NCBI GenBank assembly: GCA_029941645.1
Contig: JAPYSZ010000003.1
Coordinates: forward strand, 1 to 38,018
Origin: Candidatus Poseidoniia archaeon
Lineage (GTDB): Archaea; Thermoplasmatota; Poseidoniia; MGIII; CG-Epi1
DNA: 38,018 nucleotides
Direction of reading: 5' to 3'
Shown: piece after piece, positions 28,187 through 37,298 of the stretch
Layout of the letters: every line of letters starts with the position of its first letter
Position numbering within the stretch: position 1 is the first letter of the stretch
Translations under genes and position numbers: made by a program
Notes under the pieces: model-generated
Seen by the model: only the letters and a program-made list of their open reading frames with translations
Database searches by the model: none
What the model was told of the DNA's origin: nothing

Positions 28187-30036
28187 GATACTTTTTTGCC
28201 TTGTTATTAGTTATACTTTTACTTCCTGTAGCCTCAGGCGAGGATCATACTGTGATGGTTGGAACTGAATCTGATACTTATGTTTTCAGTCCTGCCGTTC
28301 TTAAAATTTCACCAGGTGATAATGTGACATTTCTCTGGACGCCAGGTATGCCTCATAATGTAGCCGAAGTCGAGAATTCTGAATCTTTAACTTACAACGA
28401 CGGATTCCGTTCTGGTGAACCTCAAGACGGAGGTGAATGGGCACTTCCATCTAATTTGACTGCAGAAGATGGAACACTCTATTACGTATGTGAACCGCAT
28501 GCAGGAATGAAGATGCGAGGAGAAATCATCATTCAGAGTGCTCCTGAAATCGCTATGGAATTTGGGGACTTTCCTTGGCTTTCTTATCTATTGGTTTTCC
28601 CTCTAATAGGTGCCTTATGGACCTTTGGTTTTAGAGAAAATACTAATGCGCCAAGAATCATAGCATTATTTACAACTTTATTCACATTGATTATTTCAAT
28701 TATTGTATTTGTAAAAACAGGAAATAAGTCTGGATATAGTTTGATGGAGCAATATGATTGGGCCCCTAATTTTGGTATTTCATTACTTCTTGGAGTTGAT
28801 GGTCTTAGTTCGCCAATGGTTTTGTTAACAGGTATAATAGGACCTTTAACGGTTATATTTGCTTGGCATGAGAAAGAGAAACCAGCTTTGTTCTTCGTAC
28901 TTCTCTTAGTTATGCAAACAGCTCTTTTTGGTGTGTTTATTACTCTAGATTATTTTGTTTTCTATATATTTTGGGAGATTGTTTTGATACCAATGTTTTT
29001 CCTTATAGCCATTTGGGGTGGGGATAATCGACGCTATGCCTCAATTAAATTTTTCATTTACACTTTTACAGCATCACTAGTAATGTTAATTGGATTTATG
29101 GCACTTTATTTCGAAACAGGTGGTGAAACTTTTTCTATGATAGAAATAGCTAAGCAAAATGGCAATTTTTCTGAAGATTTTCAAAAGTGGGTTTTTGCAG
29201 CTTTATTTATTGGATTTGCAGTTAAGATTCCTTCAGTACCTTGGCACACTTGGTTGCCAGACGCTCATGTTGAGGCACCTACAGCAGGATCTATCCTTCT
29301 AGCAGGAGTCATGCTGAAAATGGGACTTTATGGTCTTATTCGTGCTGCTTTACCAGTTGTACCGCTTGGGGCTGAATATTTTGTTCCAGTTATGGTTGTT
29401 TTAGCTATAGTTTCCATACTTTACGGAGCGGCATTAAGTCTGGGTCAGACAGATTTAAAGAAATTAGTTGCATATTCTAGTGTTTCTCATATGGGTGTGG
29501 CGTTATTGGGTGTAGCTACAATGACCGAATTGGGTCTAGCAGGTGCAGTTTTCATGATGTTTGCCCACGGTATTCTAAGCCCAGCCATGTTTATGGTTGC
29601 AGGAGTTCTTTTGCATCAAGTAGGAACAAGAGACATTCCAAAACTAGGGGGTCTTGCTAAACATCAACCTAATACTGCTGGAATCTTTGTTGTTATATTC
29701 TTGGGAAGTCTTGGTCTTCCAGGTATGGCTGTTTTCGTTGCAGAATTAGCTGTTTTTATTGCTTTCTTCCAGTCTCATGGTTATTGGTTGCTTCTTCCTA
29801 TATTTGGTATGGTGCTTACTGCAGGTTATCATTTATGGGCATTACAGAGGGCCGTATTCGGAGTGGATAGTGAACAAATAGATATGTCTGATGTTCATGA
29901 GGCACCATGGTATGAAATGTACCCTATGTTTTCTATTATCCTATTAGCAGTTTTCTTTGGTATATTTCCGCATTATCTTATGGATCCTATATCTGTAGCA
30001 TGTTATGACATCTTGAATTTTATGGGGGCTATCTAA
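28183..30036 (+). CDS. nuoM: Complex I/Fpo antiporter-like subunit M fused to an N-terminal signal peptide and blue-copper (cupredoxin) domain
   Basis: NuoM motifs GVDGLS, FYIFWE, KFFIYT, VKIP..PWHTWLPDAHVEAPT, LKMG.YG, KKLVAYSSVSHMG; preceded in frame by FSPAVLKISPGDNVTF...PHNV...YVCEPHAGMKMRG; ATG 28183 overlaps the nuoL stop. Confidence 0.95.
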   Translation: MRYFFALLLVILLLPVASGEDHTVMVGTESDTYVFSPAVLKISPGDNVTFLWTPGMPHNVAEVENSESLTYNDGFRSGEPQDGGEWALPSNLTAEDGTLYYVCEPHAGMKMRGEIIIQSAPEIAMEFGDFPWLSYLLVFPLIGALWTFGFRENTNAPRIIALFTTLFTLIISIIVFVKTGNKSGYSLMEQYDWAPNFGISLLLGVDGLSSPMVLLTGIIGPLTVIFAWHEKEKPALFFVLLLVMQTALFGVFITLDYFVFYIFWEIVLIPMFFLIAIWGGDNRRYASIKFFIYTFTASLVMLIGFMALYFETGGETFSMIEIAKQNGNFSEDFQKWVFAALFIGFAVKIPSVPWHTWLPDAHVEAPTAGSILLAGVMLKMGLYGLIRAALPVVPLGAEYFVPVMVVLAIVSILYGAALSLGQTDLKKLVAYSSVSHMGVALLGVATMTELGLAGAVFMMFAHGILSPAMFMVAGVLLHQVGTRDIPKLGGLAKHQPNTAGIFVVIFLGSLGLPGMAVFVAELAVFIAFFQSHGYWLLLPIFGMVLTAGYHLWALQRAVFGVDSEQIDMSDVHEAPWYEMYPMFSIILLAVFFGIFPHYLMDPISVACYDILNFMGAI

Positions 30037-31526
30037 TGGACGATTCTATCTTCTTTTTGCCTGAAATATTGATGGTAGTGAGTATAATAGGTATTCCAGC
30101 CCTTTATATTTTGACAGAGAATAATAAGTCATATTCCATATGTTCTAATATTTCTTTAGGTTTTGCATTCATGTTTTTAGTTCTTTCATGGTATTACCCT
30201 GATTTCTTATCGTTAGATAAAAGTGGTTTGGTATCCTATGATCATTTTAGAGTAGATGATTTTTCTCAATTATTCAAGATTATCTTTGTTTTAACAGCTT
30301 TAGTAGTTTCTATTGTAAGTACTTCTTACTTTGATGATGAAGAGCCTCATCAAGCTGAGTATTACACACTCCTTCTTTCCAGTACTTTGGGAATGCTGGT
30401 TGTTGCCTCAGCTACTGATTTCTTAACTCTGTTTTTGGGAATAGAAATATCTGCGTTTAGCAGTTATGCAATGGTTGCTTTTAGAAAACAGGATGATAAA
30501 TCAACGGAAGCTGGAGCAAAATATCTTTTGATTGGTGCATTTTCTTCAGGTTTAACTCTTTATGGCATTTCATTATTGTATGCTATTACTGGTTCTTTGA
30601 CATTTGATGGTGTTAGTTCATTTATGCACGGAATTAGCAATGGAGTTGTTGTTGGAGATTTTACTGAAGTAATATTTATTTCTTGTTTGTTCATAATGGC
30701 AGGTTTAGGTTTTAAGATAGCAGTAGTTCCATTCCATGCTTGGGCTCCTGATGTTTATCAGGGAGCACCTACGCCAGTTACTACTCTTCTTGCTGCTGCC
30801 AGTAAGGCGATGGGTTTCATTGCAGTTTTTAGAGTATTTGCGTTTACTTTAGAATCAGTTTCAGAGGAATGGAAATTAGTTTTGGGAATTATTGCTTTAG
30901 CTTCTATGACTGTAGGTAATTTGGCAGCTATCTCACAGAAGGATATTGGGAGAATGTTGGCATATTCTTCAATTGCTCAAGCTGGTTATATTATGATTGC
31001 AATTCCAGCTCTTACTGAAGAAGCAATGTCCGGTGCTATTGCTCATACATTAGTACATGCATTTATGAAAGGTGGAGCCTTTGTCATAGTTGGATGTATA
31101 GGGGCGGTAGGTTTGGGTTATAATTTGGAATCATATAAGGGATTGGCAAAGAGATCCCCGTTGTTAGCACTTTCAATGACAGTTTGTTTACTATCTTTGG
31201 TTGGTATACCTCCTTTTGCAGGTTTTATTAGTAAATTTTTCTTATTCTATGGAACTTTACAGGCAGGGCTTGCTGGAGAATCTTGGATTATTGCTTTGGT
31301 AATTGGAGGAATTCTAAATTCAGCATTGTCTCTCTATTATTATTTGAAAGTTATAAGATATATGTATCTCTATGATCCCGAAGATTCGGGCGAGGTTGAG
31401 TTCCCTAATTCAGTTAGGTACATCTCCTTTGGAGTAATTCTGTTATTAGCAGTATTCTTCCCATTATATTGGGAATCTCTTTTTGAACTTTGTAAGGAAG
31501 CTTCAATAGCTTTGATTAATGGATGA
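30036..31526 (+). CDS. nuoN: Complex I/Fpo antiporter-like subunit N
   Basis: FLPEI, STEAGAKY, GFKIAVVPFHAWAPDVYQGAPTP, RMLAYSSIAQAGY, GIPPFAGFISKF. Confidence 0.96.
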   Translation: MDDSIFFLPEILMVVSIIGIPALYILTENNKSYSICSNISLGFAFMFLVLSWYYPDFLSLDKSGLVSYDHFRVDDFSQLFKIIFVLTALVVSIVSTSYFDDEEPHQAEYYTLLLSSTLGMLVVASATDFLTLFLGIEISAFSSYAMVAFRKQDDKSTEAGAKYLLIGAFSSGLTLYGISLLYAITGSLTFDGVSSFMHGISNGVVVGDFTEVIFISCLFIMAGLGFKIAVVPFHAWAPDVYQGAPTPVTTLLAAASKAMGFIAVFRVFAFTLESVSEEWKLVLGIIALASMTVGNLAAISQKDIGRMLAYSSIAQAGYIMIAIPALTEEAMSGAIAHTLVHAFMKGGAFVIVGCIGAVGLGYNLESYKGLAKRSPLLALSMTVCLLSLVGIPPFAGFISKFFLFYGTLQAGLAGESWIIALVIGGILNSALSLYYYLKVIRYMYLYDPEDSGEVEFPNSVRYISFGVILLLAVFFPLYWESLFELCKEASIALING

Positions 31527-31783
31527 TTGATAAGGAAAGTAAGGAATATATTCAATTCGAAAACTTGTGGTCAGGAACTACACCCAAGGGGACAAATAAA
31601 AGTAAAAGAGATACATTTCGGTCACGGATGAAAAATTCTTGTCAACAACAAGGCATAGGATTCAGTAAAATAAATTCATTTAGGATATTTTCAGGTGAAA
31701 TAAAGGCTTTAGATTCTGATACTCATAAGGTTGGAGATGTTAAAGTAACTAAACCACCTAGAAGACATCTGCGTGGAATTTAG
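31523..31783 (+). CDS. Hypothetical soluble basic protein, last gene of the nuo/fpo operon
   Basis: 86-aa ORF; ATGA overlap with the nuoN stop; 26-nt tail overlap with the convergent gene. Confidence 0.6.
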   Translation: MIDKESKEYIQFENLWSGTTPKGTNKSKRDTFRSRMKNSCQQQGIGFSKINSFRIFSGEIKALDSDTHKVGDVKVTKPPRRHLRGI

Positions 31784-32756
31784 TTTTATCACTTGCAATT
31801 AATTCATTCGAAAATGACATAGGAACTTGCTCTAACAATAGTTTATGTGATGAATCTGGAACTTCTTCTAGATATTTTCTAGACATTTCTTGCCAAGGAG
31901 AGATAAGTTCTTCAAAGATATTTTGAGCGTCGGTAATTTTCACATGTTCAATTATTTTATCTGCCTTTCCTGTTTTTACAAAAATATCAATGGCTCCTTT
32001 GTATTCAGGATGTCTACTTAGTCTGGTTACAGGCAAAGTAGGAATTCCAAGCGCCAAGTCACCTATGGCTGTTTTAGTTATAATGGAATTTAGTAAATCT
32101 AGATAATCGTCAGTTATTTGATACATAATACCTACTGTTTCTCCAAATTTGTGCATTTGGGATGCTAAATCGATACGTGGTGAGACTAATGCACCTAATT
32201 CGGCAGCTGTACTATACAATGCACCTGTTTTTCTTTTAATTCTATCAAGATATACCGATTCACTGTAATTCTCTTTATCTGTAAAATCGGCAATAGCACC
32301 TTCAGTTAGATTTCTAGCGCATACAGCCAGTGATTTTCCAGTGGCCAATGATATAGCACCGTGAAGTGAACCTGTTGCAACCATCAGATCCGCAACTAAA
32401 ATTGCAGTTCTTGGCCCTAATTCGTCCCATAAGGCCGGTGCTTCTCTTCTAAATCTATCTCCATCCAACCAATCATCGTGTATCAAAGTTCCACAATGAA
32501 TTAATTCAAGCGCCATGCCACATTCAAAAGCAGAATGTGCGTCTCCACCTAACGAATCAGAAACTAGTCTACAAAGTATAGGTCTAAGTTGTTTTCCTTC
32601 GCCTATTCCTTTTGAAATTAGAGGTGCAATAGATTTTGATTCTTTACTTATTTCTCTTTCAAGATGCCTTTGAAATTCTGTTTTTACATCTCTATAATAG
32701 TCATTCAAGTTAACTGAGAATGCTGTGTGTTTTTTAACTTCATTCTTTTCTTTCAT
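31758..32756 (-). CDS. Trans-polyprenyl diphosphate synthase, probably long-chain
   Basis: GKQLRP, FARM ELIHCGTLIHDDWLDGDRFRR, KTGALY, SARM YQITDDYLD, GDLALG.PTLP. Confidence 0.92.
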   Translation of the reverse strand: MKEKNEVKKHTAFSVNLNDYYRDVKTEFQRHLEREISKESKSIAPLISKGIGEGKQLRPILCRLVSDSLGGDAHSAFECGMALELIHCGTLIHDDWLDGDRFRREAPALWDELGPRTAILVADLMVATGSLHGAISLATGKSLAVCARNLTEGAIADFTDKENYSESVYLDRIKRKTGALYSTAAELGALVSPRIDLASQMHKFGETVGIMYQITDDYLDLLNSIITKTAIGDLALGIPTLPVTRLSRHPEYKGAIDIFVKTGKADKIIEHVKITDAQNIFEELISPWQEMSRKYLEEVPDSSHKLLLEQVPMSFSNELIASDKTKFHADVF

Positions 32757-32758
32757 AT

Positions 32759-34036
32759 TTAGATGTATTCAAGCCCGATAATTAGTAAAATTCCAGTTAT
32801 TGCATGTATTCCTATAGTTCCCCAGTTTGCACCTGCTAATTCACGTGTATTATAATTGCGGATTACTTGGTATGAATAGTAGAGTGCTATCGGCAATCCT
32901 AACAGAGAAAGAAGAGCCCCTTGTTCAACAATGTCATATGTGTATAAGGCATATATGGATCCAAAGGCTGCTAACATTAAGATTAGGTAACCCCAACTAG
33001 CTTTTTCAAGTCCTAATACTACTACTAGATGATGTTTTCCTGCAATTTCGTCAGATTTACTATCAGGGAACTGATTAATCCAGAGGATTGCAGTTGTTAG
33101 AAGCCCTAGTGGTATTCCAAATAGAAATGCGTCCCATGAGTGTATTCCAGACATTGCAAAGATAGCCCCCATAGTCATCAAAGGCCCATAATTCAAACCA
33201 ATTAGTAGTTCTCCTATACCTTTGCGAGCTACTAATCTTAGAGGATATCCTGTGTAGAAATAACCTGAAAATGCTCCTGCAAGTCCATAATATAACAATT
33301 CAACTTTATCATCTAGCATAATTATTAATCCCGCTAAACCAGCTAATGCTAGGAAAGTTGTTGCTAATTTGAATAACTGTTTTTCAGTGATTAGCCCTAA
33401 TTCAATAGCTCTACTTCCTCCAGATAGTTGTAGAAAATAGTCATTGTTAATTTGATCGGTTCCACTGGTCCAATCAAAATAATCATTGTACGTATTTGCA
33501 GCTAAATGTAGGAACGAACCTCCTAAGAAAACTAGGGTAAAAGTCATCCAATTCATGGTGATAAGCTCTTCGTGTATACCCCACACAACACTAGCTATGA
33601 TAGGAATCCAGGTAGCACTGAGAAAGGGCAGTCTTGTTATTGCTACGATTGAGATTATTTTCGTTAATAGTGAAGTTTTTGGCATGGTTTCTTCGGGTGA
33701 GGTATCTACTAGTTCTTTTGTTCGGCCACAATATCCAATATGTTTTCCATCTTTCATTGTAGCAGTACATGTAAATTCGGCAGCAAATTGTGTTCCATCT
33801 TTTCGTATGAATGTGCTTTTTGTGGTATATCCGTTCTTGTTTTGTCTTGCTTTTTTTAACCAATTTGCAACATGTCCTAAAACAACCATACCCGGAGAAA
33901 ATAATGATACTCTTTTCTTTCCAATGACTTCATCTGCAGTGTATCCGAATATTTTTTCTGCATGTTCATTAAAGCTCTCAATCCTACCTTCAGTATCACA
34001 TGTAATTATGCTAACTATTTTGTCAGATTCTGCCAT
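32759..34036 (-). CDS. PAS domain fused to a MenA-like UbiA-family prenyltransferase
   Basis: Residues ~5-110 PAS-like (IITCDTEGRIESFNEHAEKIFGYTADEVIGK...RKDGTQF); residues ~130-425 MenA-like (TRLPFLSAT, ANTYNDYFDWTSGTD, SGGSR, YTGYPLRL...GIGE, INQFPD..SD...GK). Confidence 0.9.
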   Translation of the reverse strand: MAESDKIVSIITCDTEGRIESFNEHAEKIFGYTADEVIGKKRVSLFSPGMVVLGHVANWLKKARQNKNGYTTKSTFIRKDGTQFAAEFTCTATMKDGKHIGYCGRTKELVDTSPEETMPKTSLLTKIISIVAITRLPFLSATWIPIIASVVWGIHEELITMNWMTFTLVFLGGSFLHLAANTYNDYFDWTSGTDQINNDYFLQLSGGSRAIELGLITEKQLFKLATTFLALAGLAGLIIMLDDKVELLYYGLAGAFSGYFYTGYPLRLVARKGIGELLIGLNYGPLMTMGAIFAMSGIHSWDAFLFGIPLGLLTTAILWINQFPDSKSDEIAGKHHLVVVLGLEKASWGYLILMLAAFGSIYALYTYDIVEQGALLSLLGLPIALYYSYQVIRNYNTRELAGANWGTIGIHAITGILLIIGLEYI

Positions 34037-34069
34037 ATTTGTCCTGTATTATAATCTCATATGTTGTTC

Positions 34070-34078
34070 TATATAAAA
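34070..34078 (-). promoter_or_regulatory. TATA box for the PAS-MenA/polyprenyl synthase pair
   Basis: TTTTATATA on the minus strand ~34 nt upstream of ATG 34036. Confidence 0.45.
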
Positions 34079-34097
34079 TATAACTTTAGTGCATAGT

Positions 34098-37000
34098 TTA
34101 GTATTTAATTTTCTTCAATGGTTCGAGGTAATCCATTTCCCCTTCTTTCAGTGAATAAATTGCTGCCTTAGCTCCAGTTAATGTAGTTATGAATGGTATT
34201 CCAAGTTCAACAGCTAGTCGTCTCATTTGAGCGCCGTCTGTTGCCGCTCTTCTACCGGTTGGGAGATTGATAATTAAATCCACATTCCCTCTTCTCATTA
34301 TCGACAGGATATCTGGTTGTTTTTTATCTGATATTCTCCAAATTACTTTACTCTTTATTCCTTTTTTACGTAAGTGAGCTGCTGTTCCTTTTGTTGCAAT
34401 AAAGTTAAACCCTAAATCAATTAATTCCTGTGCTATATTGCCAAATTCAAGTTTTAATTTATTAGAAATAGAAAGGAATACAGTTCCTTTGGTTGGTAGT
34501 TTTTTGTTCCCACCCTTCATTGCTTTAAGGTACGCTGTACCGAAATTGGGCCCATGACCCATTGCTTCACCTGTAGATTTCATTTCAGGTCCTAATACAG
34601 TATCTAATCCCGTTATTTTCAACCAAGAAAAGATTGGTACTTTTACTGAGGCACCTTTCATTGGAATTATTTTAGGCAAATTAGTTATCTTTTCTCCAAG
34701 CATTATGTTTACTGCGATTCTTGCTAAAGGATAACCCGTTGATTTGCTGACATAGGGCAGGGTTCGACTTGCTCTTGGATTTGCTTCCAAAAGGTATATT
34801 TTTTGATCTTTAATTGCCAATTGTAAGTTAGCGGTGCCTACAATGTTCAGTGCTTTAGCTACTTTTGTTGATATTACTACAATCTCTTCTACATCTGCCT
34901 TTGATAATGATTGAGGAGGCATTACACAGGCACTATCTCCTGAATGTACACCAGCCATTTCTATTTGTTCCATAATGGCTCCGATGACAACTTTCTTTCC
35001 ATCCGAAATCAAATCTACATCCAGTTCTATTGCTCCTTCTAAAAATTTGTCAACCAAAACAGGTTTTTCTGGTGAGGCATGTGTTTCTAATCTAAGATAT
35101 TTTTGTAATTGGGTTTTGTTGTGAACAATCTCCATCCCTCTTCCACCTAGAACAAAGGAGGGTCTGACAAGTACAGGAAAACCTATCTTTTCTGCACAAT
35201 TAATTACTTCTTCGGAATTTTCTGCAGCAGCCCATTCAGGCATATTTATTCCAGCCTTCTCCATCAATTTACCACATTTACCTCGGTCCTCAGCTAGATT
35301 CATATCGCTAACCTTTGTTCCTAGAATTTTTGTTTTGAGCTTTTCTTTTTTGATATATTTCTCGATATGTGTAGCTAAATTCACGGCAGTTTGACCGCCC
35401 AGTTGGAGTACAATTCCATACGGTTTTTCTAAATCTAATATTTCAAAGATAGATTCTCTATCTAAAGGTTCAAAGTATAACCTATCTGAAGCATCAAAAT
35501 CGGTTGATACAGTTTCTGGATTATTGTTGATTACTACAGCTTCATATCCTGCGTTTCTAGCGGCCTGTACTCCATGGACAGTTGAATAATCAAATTCTAT
35601 ACCTTGGCCTATTCTTATCGGGCCTGAACCTAAAATAACTACGCTTTTCCCAGTCTTAAAATCAGACTTATTATCGGCATATGTAGTGTAGAAATAGGGT
35701 GTTTTAGCTTTAAATTCTCCTGCACAAGTGTCTACCATCAGAAAACTAGAAGTAATCCCAAGTTTCTTTCTTTGATTTCTAATTTTTTCTTGTGTAATTC
35801 CTGTCAAATGACTTATGTGCTTATCTCCAAATCCATTCATTTTTATTTCTCTAAGCAGTTTATCTGGAATCTTTTTCTCACATATTTCAGTTTCAATTTC
35901 AAGTCTGACTAGTTTGGCGATTCTTTCTATGAAGAAAGCATGAAATTCTGTAATTTTACATACTTTATCAATACTTCTTCGTGTAGCCTTTTTGTTTTTG
36001 AGATATGACCATATTGCTAAGAGTCTTCTATCATTTGGTGTACTAAGATTCTTCATTAGTTTCTTTTCACTCCATTTCAAATCTTCAGGGAATCCTTTTC
36101 CTTGGCCTATTGATCTCCATGCTTTCATCAAAGATTCTTCGAATGTCCTTCCGATAGACATTGTTTCTCCCGTAGATTTCATTTGAGTTCCTAATTCTCT
36201 ATCTGCTAGTTTGAATTTGTCAAATGGCCATCTTGGTATTTTAGTTACAATATAATCTATAGATGGTTCAAAGGCAGCACTCGTATTGCCGGTAACACGG
36301 TTAGATAATTCGTGTAGTTTGTGTCCTAAACACAACATTGATGCAATTCTGGCAATTGGTACTCCTGTTGCTTTTGATGCTAATGCAGAGGAACGTGAAA
36401 CTCTGGGGTTTACTTCAATAAGAATATAATCTTGAGTTTTGGAATTATATGCAAATTGTACGTTACATCCCCCTACAATCCCTAAACTCCTGACAACTTT
36501 TAGAGCTGATGTTCTCAATTTTTGATAGGATCTTTCAGGAAGGGTTAGGGCCGGTGCAACAACTATAGATTCTCCGGTGTGAACACCCATTGGATCAAGA
36601 TTTTCCATAGAACAAACAATGATTGCATTATCATCTTCATCTCTTAATACTTCAAATTCAAATTCTAACCAACCCAAAATTGATTCTTCAATTAGTAATT
36701 GTTTTACAGGCGAGAGTGCTAGTCCTCTGCCAGCAATAATTTCCAATTCCTCTTTTGTGTATGCTATTCCACCTCCAGTTCCTCCAAGAGTAAACGCAGG
36801 TCTGACCACAACAGGAAATTTCAATTTTTTAGCAAGTCTTAGTGAATCATCAATTGTATTTGCGATTCCACTTGTTGCAACAGGTTCTCCTATTTCTACC
36901 ATTCTTTTACGGAAGAGATCTCTGTCTTCGGACATTTCAATTGATTTTAATGAAGTTCCCAATATTTTGACCCCGTGTTTTTTGAGAACTCCTTTTGCAT

Positions 37001-37298
37001 CTAATCCCACGGTCAGATTCAATCCCGTTTGGCCTCCCATTCCAGGTATTATTGCATCAGGTTTTTCTTTTTCTATAATTTTCTCTACAGATTCTACAGT
37101 TAGTGGTTCAATGTATACAATATCTGCAGTATCTGGGTCTGTCTGTATAGTTGCAGGATTGGAATTAACAAGTACAACTTTGTGGCCAGCTTCTCTTAAT
37201 GCAGAACAACATTGCGTTCCTGAATAATCAAATTCAGCAGCTTGGCCAATGATAATGGGTCCTGCTCCAGGAACCAAGATTTTCATTTTACTCATCAA
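34098..37298 (-). CDS. carB: Carbamoyl-phosphate synthase large subunit
   Basis: GPIIIGQAAEFDYSG, NSNPATIQTD, RPAFTLGGTGGG, IEVNPRVSRSSALASKATG, second half GSGPIRIGQGIEFDY, C-terminal MGS domain. Confidence 0.98.
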   Translation of the reverse strand: MMSKMKILVPGAGPIIIGQAAEFDYSGTQCCSALREAGHKVVLVNSNPATIQTDPDTADIVYIEPLTVESVEKIIEKEKPDAIIPGMGGQTGLNLTVGLDAKGVLKKHGVKILGTSLKSIEMSEDRDLFRKRMVEIGEPVATSGIANTIDDSLRLAKKLKFPVVVRPAFTLGGTGGGIAYTKEELEIIAGRGLALSPVKQLLIEESILGWLEFEFEVLRDEDDNAIIVCSMENLDPMGVHTGESIVVAPALTLPERSYQKLRTSALKVVRSLGIVGGCNVQFAYNSKTQDYILIEVNPRVSRSSALASKATGVPIARIASMLCLGHKLHELSNRVTGNTSAAFEPSIDYIVTKIPRWPFDKFKLADRELGTQMKSTGETMSIGRTFEESLMKAWRSIGQGKGFPEDLKWSEKKLMKNLSTPNDRRLLAIWSYLKNKKATRRSIDKVCKITEFHAFFIERIAKLVRLEIETEICEKKIPDKLLREIKMNGFGDKHISHLTGITQEKIRNQRKKLGITSSFLMVDTCAGEFKAKTPYFYTTYADNKSDFKTGKSVVILGSGPIRIGQGIEFDYSTVHGVQAARNAGYEAVVINNNPETVSTDFDASDRLYFEPLDRESIFEILDLEKPYGIVLQLGGQTAVNLATHIEKYIKKEKLKTKILGTKVSDMNLAEDRGKCGKLMEKAGINMPEWAAAENSEEVINCAEKIGFPVLVRPSFVLGGRGMEIVHNKTQLQKYLRLETHASPEKPVLVDKFLEGAIELDVDLISDGKKVVIGAIMEQIEMAGVHSGDSACVMPPQSLSKADVEEIVVISTKVAKALNIVGTANLQLAIKDQKIYLLEANPRASRTLPYVSKSTGYPLARIAVNIMLGEKITNLPKIIPMKGASVKVPIFSWLKITGLDTVLGPEMKSTGEAMGHGPNFGTAYLKAMKGGNKKLPTKGTVFLSISNKLKLEFGNIAQELIDLGFNFIATKGTAAHLRKKGIKSKVIWRISDKKQPDILSIMRRGNVDLIINLPTGRRAATDGAQMRRLAVELGIPFITTLTGAKAAIYSLKEGEMDYLEPLKKIKY

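Noticed and set aside
33486..34076. 196-aa plus-strand ORF antisense to PAS-MenA
   Set aside because: Shadow frame of a well-supported gene, with no recognisable motifs.
36619..37227. 202-aa plus-strand ORF antisense to carB, and the many similar 60-135 aa antisense or alternate-frame ORFs in the track
   Set aside because: Ser/Ile/Phe/Pro-rich shadow translations lying within conserved genes.
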